From: Fibrobacteria bacterium
Lineage (GTDB): Bacteria; Fibrobacterota; Fibrobacteria; UBA11236
Length of the DNA: 23,994 bases
Assembly: GCA_050486505.1 (NCBI GenBank)
Contig: JBJHDK010000039.1
Coordinates: 1 to 23,994 of the forward strand
Reading direction: 5' to 3'
This document shows, piece after piece, positions 9,113-17,313 of this stretch; position 1 is the stretch's first letter, and each line of letters starts with the position of its first letter. Under the pieces are notes generated by a model. That model was not told the DNA's origin. It saw nothing but the letters and a program-made list of their open reading frames with translations, and did no database searches. A program made the translations under genes and the position numbers.

Positions 9113-10089
9113 GATTTTCCCGCTTTTCTGGGGCCCATCTCGTCCGCAATGCCGTTGACCGGGAGGTTGAGGTGGCCGTGCATGCTCCAGAATCGAGCCG
9201 TGCCTTCACGCAGCCCCGAGTCCGTGATTTCGAGGCGGCGAATGTCGAAGTGCCTGAGGCAGGTGAGCAGCACGACGAGTGCGGGCGTGATGATGCGTGA
9301 CCTTTCCGGGTCGATCCCGAACAGGGAGGCGAGTTCGCCCGGCGTCCGCCCGATTGTCAACTCAATCAAATCCTCGAGTGATCCCGGCGTAAGCGCGGGG
9401 ATCTCCCGCGCCATGAGGGTGCCACGCATCTTTCGCATCATGGCGTTTATGGCGCGGAGGTTTCCAGAGCTTCCAATGGCGCGGTCCGCGACGGGGGCGT
9501 TCGCGGGCGAGTTGGCGCGCAATTCGGCCATCGCGTGGTCGTGCACCTGCTGGACGACGTCGCGCGTGATCGTCTTGCCGTCGAAGAAGCGTCGTGCGAC
9601 ACGAATCGCACCGAGCTCGTAGCTCTTCCCGAACAAATAGTCTTCGCCGCGGCTCCATGACACCTCGGCGCTGCCGCCGCCGATGTCGATCGATTTGATG
9701 ACTTCACCTTGCTTGGCCCCGGCCTGCCCGATGATGCCGGTATGAATCAGGTAGCTTTCCTCGGCGCCGCTGAGAACGCGCACCGGGTATCCGGTTTCCT
9801 CGGCGAGGCGTCGGGTGAAGTCGTCCCGGTTCTGGGCGGATCGAACCGCGGATGTCGCGAGAATGAAAGTGAAGTGGGGCTTTTCTCCTGCCGGGGTTCT
9901 CGGAACATCCTTGATGAAGGCCGAGATTTTTCCGACGCCGGAATCTGGAACAGAACCCTTCGGAAAAACGGCATTTCCAAGGGAATAGTCGAGTTTCTGT
10001 TTTGCGGCAAGGCGGTGCTTGCCGCTCTCGACGGAATACGTGGAGGCTTTGACCGAGTTGCTGCCGATGTCAATGATGCGGATGATCAT
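9109..10089 (-). CDS. ppx: Ppx/GppA family exopolyphosphatase, short form without C-terminal HD domain
   Basis: Start reassigned to ATG 10089 (MIIRIIDIGSNS). ASKHA motifs ATSAVR, VLSGAEES, DIGGGSAE and GLREG. 326 aa. Confidence 0.9.
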   Translation of the reverse strand: MIIRIIDIGSNSVKASTYSVESGKHRLAAKQKLDYSLGNAVFPKGSVPDSGVGKISAFIKDVPRTPAGEKPHFTFILATSAVRSAQNRDDFTRRLAEETGYPVRVLSGAEESYLIHTGIIGQAGAKQGEVIKSIDIGGGSAEVSWSRGEDYLFGKSYELGAIRVARRFFDGKTITRDVVQQVHDHAMAELRANSPANAPVADRAIGSSGNLRAINAMMRKMRGTLMAREIPALTPGSLEDLIELTIGRTPGELASLFGIDPERSRIITPALVVLLTCLRHFDIRRLEITDSGLREGTARFWSMHGHLNLPVNGIADEMGPRKAGKS

Positions 10090-10114
10090 CGAACTGCAAT
10101 GTAGGCACGAACGC

Positions 10115-10663
10115 TTACGACAGCGCTGAAAGAATTTCGGGCTGAAGGAACGCCGAGAGCGTCGTCTTGCGCGTTCGTCCGCGGGCGGGTGCGACGAGGG
10201 CAAGGGCACCCTTGCGGAAAGGCACGGGCGGGCCCTCAAGAAGTTGGCCAAGCGCCTCACCGAGCCAGGGTTCGTGACCGATCCAAAGGGTGCGCGTGCG
10301 GGTCTTTGCGGTTCCGGCAGTGCGGACCAGAATGCCGGGATCACTGTCGTAATGCAGGGCGGGCTCGACCTTTAGTGCGCTCTTGGAGAGTTTGAACGCG
10401 CGAGCAAGCAGGAGCGCGGTCTCCCGGGTGCGAACCGTCGGAGAAAACAGGATGCGCTCCGGAACGAAGCCGAGAACCTTCATGCCCTTGGCGCATGCGT
10501 TGATACGCTTTTTGCCCTTTGTCGTTAGCGGTCGCAGATCATCATCGGGAAAACGGGTAGGATCGCGACTCTCGGCGGGGCCGTGACGCATGAGGCCCAG
10601 TACGCAGGTCGTCGGGGAGCTTTTCGGTGTGATGCGCGGTTTTGATTCTGCAGCGCTTGCCAT
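10115..10663 (-). CDS. sixA: SixA-like histidine phosphatase
   Basis: MRHG, DDLRPLTTKG, SPTVRTRETA, IGHEP and FRKG motifs. Likely start ATG 10663 (MASAAES..., 182 aa). Adjacency to ppx/ppk is a common context. Confidence 0.88.
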   Translation of the reverse strand: MASAAESKPRITPKSSPTTCVLGLMRHGPAESRDPTRFPDDDLRPLTTKGKKRINACAKGMKVLGFVPERILFSPTVRTRETALLLARAFKLSKSALKVEPALHYDSDPGILVRTAGTAKTRTRTLWIGHEPWLGEALGQLLEGPPVPFRKGALALVAPARGRTRKTTLSAFLQPEILSALS

Positions 10664-10713
10664 CTTGTTGCCCTTCGGCCCGGGACTCGAAACGGGATTT
10701 TCGTGCCAAAGGA

Positions 10714-10721
10714 CAAAATTA
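10714..10721 (-). promoter_or_regulatory. Putative promoter element TAATTTTG (TAnnTTTG) for sixA-ppx-ppk1
   Basis: Exact TAnnTTTG match about 50 nt upstream of the sixA ATG. Confidence 0.45.
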
Positions 10722-10975
10722 GGCTTTTGTCGAATGGCGATGTTTCGCTTGGATTTCAATCCTGCGCAGGGAAACCGGGTTGCGCGCGAGCAGGAAAATG
10801 TTAAATTCAGCAGTACCCGCGACTAACATTAGAGTTTGAACTGTCTGAACGAACGCATTGGACGATTGTTATTCCCGGTTTCGGGACGGTTCGTGAATCC
10901 TGATGCCTCCGAAGATCCCGAGCGGGCCGGGGGGAGCGTTGCCACACCAGTCTGCTTGACCGAAAAGGACGCAAG

Positions 10976-11854
10976 ATGAAAAAGAAAAACAAAGCCACGA
11001 AAGGTCAGGAACCCCCCGTCACCCGCTGGGACGTCCAATGGGACAAGCAACTCGGGCATCTTGTCCGCTTCAAGGAGCGTCATGGACGTTGGCCGAAGGC
11101 GTCCGAGGATTTCCCGAAGGGGAACAGGATCGGCTTGTGGGCAAACCGCCAGCGCGACCTCAAGGTGCGCGGCGAACTCGCGGCCGGGCGCGTGGCAAAG
11201 CTGCAGGCTGTCGGGTTCAGCTGGAGCAAGACGGACGCGCGCAAGATGCACTGGGAGGAACAATACGAGAATCTTCTCGAGTTCCGTCGCAAGCACCGTG
11301 GTGAATGGCCGATCGCCCGCCAGGAATTTCCGAAAGGCAATCGCCTTGGTCTCTGGGTTTGGCGCCAGCGCCAGGCTGCTGCTGCGCGCACGCTTTCCCG
11401 CAAGCGCAAGCAGCTTCTCGAGAAAATCGGATTCCCCTTCGAACTTCCCGATAGCTGGGAAGAGCATTACAAGACAGTGAAGTTGTACCGGGCGAAACAT
11501 CCCAACCGCTGGCCCAAGGCCCGCGAGGAGTTTCCGAAAGGCAATCGCCTCGGACTTTGGTGCCATTTGCAGCGCTGCGCGCACAAGGCGGGAAAGCTCC
11601 TGCCCGAGCGGGTGGCCAAGCTCGACAAGGTCGGGTTCCAGTGGAGCGTGAAGCATGTCAGCTGGATGCGTTTCTTCGAGATGCTCAAGGAGTACAAGAA
11701 GTCGAATCCGAAGAAGTGGCCTGTGCTTCAGGCGACGGCGCTCAAGGATCGTCGGCTCATTGCCTGGTGCAGCATTCAGCGAGGCAAGAAACGCACGGGC
11801 AAGCTTGATGCGGACAAGGTCGCCATGCTCGACAAGCTCGGGTTCCGCTGGTAG
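10976..11854 (+). CDS. Stand-alone helicase-associated (HA) domain repeat protein, 4 repeats
   Basis: 292 aa with four ~63-71-aa repeats of the pattern W...L..(F/Y)...H...WP......(L/I)(G/I).W...QR......L...(R/K)...L...GF.(W/F), typical of Pfam HA. No helicase motifs. SD AAGGA upstream and its own terminator. Confidence 0.85.
   Translation: MKKKNKATKGQEPPVTRWDVQWDKQLGHLVRFKERHGRWPKASEDFPKGNRIGLWANRQRDLKVRGELAAGRVAKLQAVGFSWSKTDARKMHWEEQYENLLEFRRKHRGEWPIARQEFPKGNRLGLWVWRQRQAAAARTLSRKRKQLLEKIGFPFELPDSWEEHYKTVKLYRAKHPNRWPKAREEFPKGNRLGLWCHLQRCAHKAGKLLPERVAKLDKVGFQWSVKHVSWMRFFEMLKEYKKSNPKKWPVLQATALKDRRLIAWCSIQRGKKRTGKLDADKVAMLDKLGFRW
11327..11550 (+). repeat. Intragenic 20-bp direct repeat TTTCCGAAAGGCAATCGCCT (11327-11346 and 11531-11550)
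   Basis: Exact copies 204 nt (68 codons) apart, encoding FPKGNRL in HA repeats 2 and 3. A degenerate copy occurs in repeat 1 (~11110). Confidence 0.9.
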
Positions 11855-11879
11855 CGCAGTCGCCGCAGGGCGCACGGTC

Positions 11880-11905
11880 AAAAGGCGGGGCGACCCGCCT
11901 TTTTT
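11880..11905 (+). terminator. Intrinsic terminator of the HA-repeat gene
   Basis: AAAAGGCGGG-GCGA-CCCGCCTTTTTT: GC stem, GNRA loop and U-tract, 25 nt after the stop. Confidence 0.9.
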
Positions 11906-11985
11906 GTTAGGGGGAGTGGAGAATTCCTTCCATTCGCCCGGGCCCGCCCTCTAGTATCTTTCATTTTCTTCGGAGCGAAAACGCG

Positions 11986-12840
11986 ATGCATGCAAGAGAC
12001 ATGATTCTGAGCTGGCTTGATAACAGGCTCGATTCCGCTTCGGCCGCATGGTTGCACGCGCAGTGTGCGGCGCTTGCGGATGGGGCCCCGGAGCGAAGCT
12101 TTCACCTTGCGTTCGGCCAGGCGCTTCGTCGCGCCGGCAAAGGCTCTCTGGCCGCGCGGGCATTGGAGCAGGCTGATGCCTTCGGGCTGCATCCCGGCTG
12201 GGATCTGGCCGCATGGACCCGTGAACAAGCCGCACGCGCCGCGCTGCTGTTGAGCCTCGCCGATTCCCCCGAATCGGATCGTTCCGTGCTCGCGCTTTTT
12301 CAGACCGCGGATCTCGGGGAGCATGTGGCCTTGGTTCGGGCCCTGTTCCTGATGCCTTCCGCTCCGAGGCTGCTGCATATCGCACGCGAGGGCATCCGGA
12401 GCAACATGGGGGACGTATTCGAGGCGACTGCCCACCGCAACCCCTACCCGGCAGAGCATTTCGATGACATCGCATGGAACCAGATGATCGTGAAGTGCAT
12501 TTTCGTCGGCCTGCCCCTGTCCCCCGTGCACGGTCTCGACCGCAGGGTGAACCCCGAACTTTCACGCATGCTTGCGAGCCTGGCTCGCGAGCGTTGGGCC
12601 GCCGGACGCGCGCTGCCATCGGAGGCATGGCGATGCGTCGGGCCTTGTGCCGACGATGAGGCGATCGCTGTTCTCGAGGCAGCACTTGATCGGGGACATT
12701 CCGACCGCCGCGGCGCGGCACTGGGTCTGTGGAGCGCACCCGGCGGGAAAGGCCGCCAGATCCTGGACGCAAAGGCACCTGAACTTGTTCCGTCATTGCA
12801 GGCGGGAACACTCACCTGGGAGAACCATGACAAAAACTGA
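11986..12840 (+). CDS. eboA: EboA domain-containing protein
   Basis: REGIRSNMGDVFEA.AHRNPYPAEHFDDIAWNQMIVKCIF and ERWAAGR motifs, C-terminal ...GTLTW. Overlaps the start of an EboB-type TatD gene. Confidence 0.87.
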   Translation: MHARDMILSWLDNRLDSASAAWLHAQCAALADGAPERSFHLAFGQALRRAGKGSLAARALEQADAFGLHPGWDLAAWTREQAARAALLLSLADSPESDRSVLALFQTADLGEHVALVRALFLMPSAPRLLHIAREGIRSNMGDVFEATAHRNPYPAEHFDDIAWNQMIVKCIFVGLPLSPVHGLDRRVNPELSRMLASLARERWAAGRALPSEAWRCVGPCADDEAIAVLEAALDRGHSDRRGAALGLWSAPGGKGRQILDAKAPELVPSLQAGTLTWENHDKN

Positions 12841-13750
12841 CCAGCAGCCTCTCCGGCTGATCGATCCCCACATTCACATGGTGTCGCGTACAACCGATGA
12901 TTACGAGGGCATGCGCGAGGCGGGTGTCGTGGCAGTCATCGAGCCGGCCTTCTGGGTGGGCCAGCCCCGGACCACGGCGGGAACCTTCATCGACTACTTC
13001 TCGTCGCTCATCGGCTGGGAACGTTTTCGTGCTTCGCAGTTCGGAATCCGGCACTATTGCACCATGGGACTGAACTCCAAGGAGGCGAACAACGAGGCTC
13101 TGGCGGAAGAAGTCCTCGACCTGCTCCCCCGCTTCGTCGGCAAGGAAGGGGTGGTCGCGGTCGGTGAGATCGGTTACGACGAAATCACCAAGGCCGAAGA
13201 CAAGGCGTTCCGCGCCCAGCTCGAACTCGCAAAGGAAGTCGGACTCCCCGTGATGATCCATACGCCCCATCGGGACAAAAAGCGGGGAACGACTCTCAGC
13301 ATGGATGTCTGCGTGGAGCATGGCCTCGATCCGTCGATGGTCGTGATCGACCACAATAATGAGGAAACCTGCAAGGAAGTCCTTGACCGGGGGTTTTGGT
13401 GCGCCTTCACCATCTATCCCAAGACGAAGATGGGAAACCAGCGCATGGTCGACCTGATCAAGAAGTATGGCCCCGGACGCATGATTGTGGACAGCAGCGC
13501 CGATTGGGGGGTGAGCGACCCGCTGGCGGTGCCGAAGACCGCGCAACTCATGCTTGAGCAGGGGGTGCCGCGGGAGGATGTCGAGCTTGCGTGCTACGCC
13601 AATGCTCTCGCCGCATATGGTCAGAGCGGTCAAATGCGTGAAAGCGACTGGCTTGATCCCGTCGGTGTCGACCGCACGCAACTCTTCGAGGGAAACAGCG
13701 TGTTGCGCGGACAGGTTGCTGGCCGAACGGATGACAAGCTGATCGTCTGA
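12827..13750 (+). CDS. eboB: TatD-family metal-dependent hydrolase, EboB type
   Basis: Start reassigned to ATG 12827 (MTKTDQQP...). IDPHIHMVSRTTDDY, EPAFWVGQPR, WERFRASQFGI, VGEIGYD, IHTPHRDK, DHNNEET and DSSADWGVSDPLAVPK. 307 aa. Confidence 0.9.
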   Translation: MTKTDQQPLRLIDPHIHMVSRTTDDYEGMREAGVVAVIEPAFWVGQPRTTAGTFIDYFSSLIGWERFRASQFGIRHYCTMGLNSKEANNEALAEEVLDLLPRFVGKEGVVAVGEIGYDEITKAEDKAFRAQLELAKEVGLPVMIHTPHRDKKRGTTLSMDVCVEHGLDPSMVVIDHNNEETCKEVLDRGFWCAFTIYPKTKMGNQRMVDLIKKYGPGRMIVDSSADWGVSDPLAVPKTAQLMLEQGVPREDVELACYANALAAYGQSGQMRESDWLDPVGVDRTQLFEGNSVLRGQVAGRTDDKLIV

Positions 13751-13867
13751 CTGTCGGTCGTATCCGGCTATTCCGGACAGCGCGCGGAGAATCCGGAGCT
13801 TCCCGGTTACGTTCTGGCCGAACCGGAGCCAGGGCCGCGTCTTTCCGACACCAATCTGAACGGCCTC

Positions 13868-13901
13868 AAAAAAAACGGGACCTCCCGCGAGGGAGGTCCC
13901 G
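13868..13901 (-). terminator. Intrinsic terminator of the sigma factor gene
   Basis: Perfect 11-bp stem CGGGACCTCCC (13876-13886) / GGGAGGTCCCG (13891-13901) with a 4-nt loop, followed on the minus strand by 8 T (13868-13875). Confidence 0.92.
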
Positions 13902-13970
13902 AAAACCCGGGGACAGGAGAGGGGGAGAGAGGTATCTCGAGGAATCTCCGGGTTTGTTTCTGTCCTTAAT

Positions 13971-14828
13971 CTACCCCATCATGGCGAGTTCGTGTGCCTC
14001 TTCCATACTTCTCAACGCAGCCAGCCCTTTTTCCTTGATTTGGCGCACTCTTTCCTTGGACAGGCCGATGACTTCCCCGATTTCTTCCAAATTCAGGGGG
14101 TCGCTGTAACCAATCCCGAAATACATGCTCAAAACAGATTTTTCCTGATCGGGCAGGCGCTTCAAAAGACGGGAAATCTGGCGTTTTTTCGATTCTTCCT
14201 CAACAGGGGTGTTCGGAGCCTCGGTGTGGGTATCCTCGATGACGTCGAGCACGGACGTCCCCTCCTCGTTCCCGAGAGGATCGTCGAGAGAAGCGTGCCG
14301 AAGCCCCATCTCGAGGATTTTTTCAACCTGGTGGCTGGTGTACCCCAGTTTTTTGCCCAATGCTTCGGTATCCATGATCATGCCGCCGCCGATCGTCTGG
14401 CGCATTGAGATGTTGTGTTTCGAGAAACGCCGGAGAATCAGTTCCTTTTCCGCACTGATGCGCACCATACGGGCACGCTCCGCAATGGCGCGCGTGATCG
14501 ACTGGCGGATCCACCATACGGCGTAAGAGATGAATTTCAGGTTGCGGTTGATGTCAAAGCGCTTGGCCGCCTCGATCAGGCCGATATTCCCTTCATTGAT
14601 GAGTTCCGGCAGGGAGAACCCCTGATTCTTGTACATGAAGGCGACGTTGATGACGAATTTGAGGTTGGAGCAAACGAGCCGGTTCATGGCCCGCTGGTCT
14701 CCTTCCTTGACGCGCTTGAGCAACTCCACTTCCTCCGCCCGGGTCAGCAGGGGGTACTTGGTGATGTCCTTGATGTACTGGTAGTACAGCGAGGCTCCTT
14801 CCCAGGCTTCTGACGATTGATGTGTCAT
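13971..14828 (-). CDS. RNA polymerase sigma factor, RpoD/SigA family, short form (regions 1.2, 2, 3, 4; no 1.1)
   Basis: 285 aa with YPLLTRAEE (1.2), NLKFVINVA / ELINEGNIGLIEAAKRFD / KFISYAVWWIRQ (2), SLDDP (3.2) and LEEIGEVIGLSKERVRQI (4). SD AAGGA. Confidence 0.93.
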   Translation of the reverse strand: MTHQSSEAWEGASLYYQYIKDITKYPLLTRAEEVELLKRVKEGDQRAMNRLVCSNLKFVINVAFMYKNQGFSLPELINEGNIGLIEAAKRFDINRNLKFISYAVWWIRQSITRAIAERARMVRISAEKELILRRFSKHNISMRQTIGGGMIMDTEALGKKLGYTSHQVEKILEMGLRHASLDDPLGNEEGTSVLDVIEDTHTEAPNTPVEEESKKRQISRLLKRLPDQEKSVLSMYFGIGYSDPLNLEEIGEVIGLSKERVRQIKEKGLAALRSMEEAHELAMMG

Positions 14829-15006
14829 GGTGAGGTCCTTTGGTTGGGTTTTACGCTCCTTAACTTATCCCGCGGACGGGGGGACTCTGTCACGGATATG
14901 TCATTCCAGGGCTTTTTTTCGGGCAAACAAGGTGTCGGGGTGCTAACTTTATCCGCCCGCTGTCCCGGCATTTCGCCTCTCCGGCGGCCAATTCTGGAGT
15001 TTAACC

Positions 15007-17313
15007 GTGAATATCGCTGAAATCATCGCCTCCGAGGCGAAACTCGACATCGAGCAGATCCGCAATACGTTGTCCCTCTTTGATCAGGGCGCGACCGTTC
15101 CCTTCATCACACGCTACCGCAAGGAAGCGACCGGCTCCCTGGATGAAAACCAGATTCGGTTGATCGAGGAGCGTTACGCGTATTTCAAGGAGCTTGACGA
15201 GCGGCGCCAGACGGTTGTGAAAACCATCGAGGCCCAAGGCAAACTCACGCCGGAACTCGCGGAGAAAATCGCGAAGACGACCTCGCGCGTCGAGCTTGAA
15301 GACTTGTATCTGCCCTACAAGCCGAAGCGTCGCACGCGCGCCATGGCTGCGCGCGAGGCCGGACTCGAGCCGCTGGCGCGGGTCATCGAGGCTCAGGAGG
15401 CGACGGATCAGACACCCGAGCAACTCGCGGCGGCTTATGTCAATGCGGAAAAAAACGTGGCGGATGCTGCCGCGGCGCTGCAGGGGGCTCTTGATATCCT
15501 CGCTGAAGAACTTTCGGAAACGCCCGAAGTGCGGGCCCGCCTGCGCGACCTCGCGCTGGGCGAAGGCGTCTTCACTGCCCAGTCGCGCAAGGAATGGGAA
15601 GGCAAGCGTTCGAAGTTCGAGATGTATTACGCCTTCAAGGAGAAGGTCAAGGATCTGCCGTCGCACCGCATCCTCGCGATGCGTCGCGGGGAGCGCGAGA
15701 ATGTGTTGAAGACGGAGTTGCTTCTCGACGATGAAAAGGTGATCGGCATGCTCGTGGACCGGGTCGTCAGGTCTGGTTCGCCCTTCGCTGACGACCTGGG
15801 CCGGATGGCGCGCGATTCCTATGAGCGCCTGCTCAAACCCGCCATCGAGACCGAGACCCGGATGCACCTGCGCGAACGCGCCGAAGTGGAAGCATTCAAG
15901 GTCTTCCAGAAGAACCTCGCGGATGTGCTGCTGGCACCGCCGGCCGGCTCGAAAGTCGTGCTCGGCGTCGACCCGGGTTTCCGCACGGGAGTGAAGCTGG
16001 CCGTGGTCGATGCGACCGGGAAGCTGCTCGAGCATCGCGTGATTCAACCCTTGCAGGCGAAGCAGGCGGACGCCGCGACGACCATCCTCCTTGGCATGAT
16101 CGAGGCGTTCAAGGTCGAGATCGTGGCCATCGGCAACGGGACGGCATCGCGCGAGGTGGACGCCTTCATCGCCGAGGCATTCAAGCAACTCGAGACCCCG
16201 CCGATCAAGGTGATCGTTTCCGAGGCGGGGGCTTCCGTGTATTCCGTTTCCCCGATCGCGGGAAAGGAATTCCCCGATCTCGACGCAACCGTGCGCAGCG
16301 CGGTGTCCATCGCACGACGCGTGCAGGACCCTCTCGCCGAGTTGGTCAAGATCGAGCCGAAATCCATTGGCATCGGCCAGTACCAGCACGATGTGAACCA
16401 GAACGAGCTCAAGCGCAAGCTGGAGCAGGTGGTCGAGTCATGCGTGAACCGCGTCGGCGTCGACGTGAACCAGGCTTCCGAGCCACTCTTGGCGCAGGTG
16501 TCAGGCATCAACAAGGCGCTGGCGAAGAGCATCGTCGAGTACCGCGACGCGCACGGAGCCTTCCCTTCGCGTTCAGCCCTGGTGAAGGTGCCGCACTTCG
16601 GCCCGAAGGCGTTCGAGCAGGCTGCAGGGTTCCTTCGTGTCCGCGGCTCCGAGAATCCGCTTGACGCGTCGGCGGTGCATCCCGAGCGCTACGAGCTCGT
16701 GCGCCGCATGTGCGAGGACGCGGGGGTATCGATCGAAGCCGCGATCGGAAATGCCGAGGCGATCCGCAAGATCGAATTGGGCAAGTACGTCTCCGCCGAC
16801 GTCGGCTTGCCGACGCTTGGCGACATCGTCGCCGAGCTCGAAAAGCCCGCGCGTGATCCGCGCTCGGTGTTCGTGTACGCGCGCTTCAACGCGAAGGTGC
16901 AGGACCTCAAGGATTTGCAGGAGGGGATGGAACTCGAGGGCGTGGTTACGAACGTGACGAACTTCGGGGCATTCGTCGACATCGGCGTGCACCAGGACGG
17001 TCTCGTTCACGTTTCCGAGCTCTCCGACAAGTTTGTCTCCGAGCCGGGCAAGGTCGTGGCCCCCGGTCAGGTTGTGCAGGTGCGGGTTCTCGGCGTGGAC
17101 ATGGAACAGAAGCGGATCTCGCTTTCCATGAAGAAGGGCACGGGGAGTCCTGCACAGGGTGGCGCCCGTGGAGGCAAGCGCCCCGGAAAGCCCAAGAAGC
17201 CGCAGGCGACCGTGGATCAGTTGGTGCGCAAATTCTCGGGAGCCGCTCCGCAGAAGCAAAACAACGTCAAGCTGCAAGTCTCGCTCAAGTCGCTGATGCG
17301 CTCGGGAAGGTAG
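15007..17313 (+). CDS. tex: Tex family RNA-binding transcriptional accessory protein
   Basis: 768 aa with GATVPFITRYRKEATGSLDE, LEDLYLPYKPKRRT, GVDPGFRTGVK (YqgF), EAGASVYS, RRVQDPLAELVKI, GQYQHDV, HhH region and S1 domain FGAFVDIGVHQDGLVHVS. GTG start with GGAG SD. Confidence 0.97.
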   Translation: MNIAEIIASEAKLDIEQIRNTLSLFDQGATVPFITRYRKEATGSLDENQIRLIEERYAYFKELDERRQTVVKTIEAQGKLTPELAEKIAKTTSRVELEDLYLPYKPKRRTRAMAAREAGLEPLARVIEAQEATDQTPEQLAAAYVNAEKNVADAAAALQGALDILAEELSETPEVRARLRDLALGEGVFTAQSRKEWEGKRSKFEMYYAFKEKVKDLPSHRILAMRRGERENVLKTELLLDDEKVIGMLVDRVVRSGSPFADDLGRMARDSYERLLKPAIETETRMHLRERAEVEAFKVFQKNLADVLLAPPAGSKVVLGVDPGFRTGVKLAVVDATGKLLEHRVIQPLQAKQADAATTILLGMIEAFKVEIVAIGNGTASREVDAFIAEAFKQLETPPIKVIVSEAGASVYSVSPIAGKEFPDLDATVRSAVSIARRVQDPLAELVKIEPKSIGIGQYQHDVNQNELKRKLEQVVESCVNRVGVDVNQASEPLLAQVSGINKALAKSIVEYRDAHGAFPSRSALVKVPHFGPKAFEQAAGFLRVRGSENPLDASAVHPERYELVRRMCEDAGVSIEAAIGNAEAIRKIELGKYVSADVGLPTLGDIVAELEKPARDPRSVFVYARFNAKVQDLKDLQEGMELEGVVTNVTNFGAFVDIGVHQDGLVHVSELSDKFVSEPGKVVAPGQVVQVRVLGVDMEQKRISLSMKKGTGSPAQGGARGGKRPGKPKKPQATVDQLVRKFSGAAPQKQNNVKLQVSLKSLMRSGR

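Noticed and set aside
9109..10089. ppx considered as a truncated pseudogene because it lacks the HD domain
   Set aside because: Short two-domain Ppx/GppA proteins are common, the catalytic motifs are present, and the stop is coupled to the ppk1 start.
10955..10975. GAAA...GGACGCAA near the HA gene start, resembling part of a c-di-GMP-I riboswitch
   Set aside because: The upstream GGCAAA element and P2/P3 stems are missing, and the sequence is explained by the SD (AAGGA).
11039..11854. Periodic DNA repeats considered as a CRISPR array or DGR template/variable pair
   Set aside because: The period is ~204 nt, in frame, and explained by protein HA repeats. There are no constant repeats with unique spacers and no cas or reverse-transcriptase gene.
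10829..11881. 350-aa antisense ORF with internal repeats
   Set aside because: It mirrors the HA-repeat gene. The + strand frame has the recognisable domain, SD and terminator.
13751..13853. Multi-hairpin segment after eboB, closed by TGTCGG/CCGACA and followed by CCA, superficially tRNA-like
   Set aside because: The closing stem is only 5-6 bp, there is no TTCRA T-loop at the right distance from CCA, and no D-loop or anticodon arm geometry. CCGG-rich hairpins arise easily at this GC content. tRNAscan-SE or ARAGORN would settle it.
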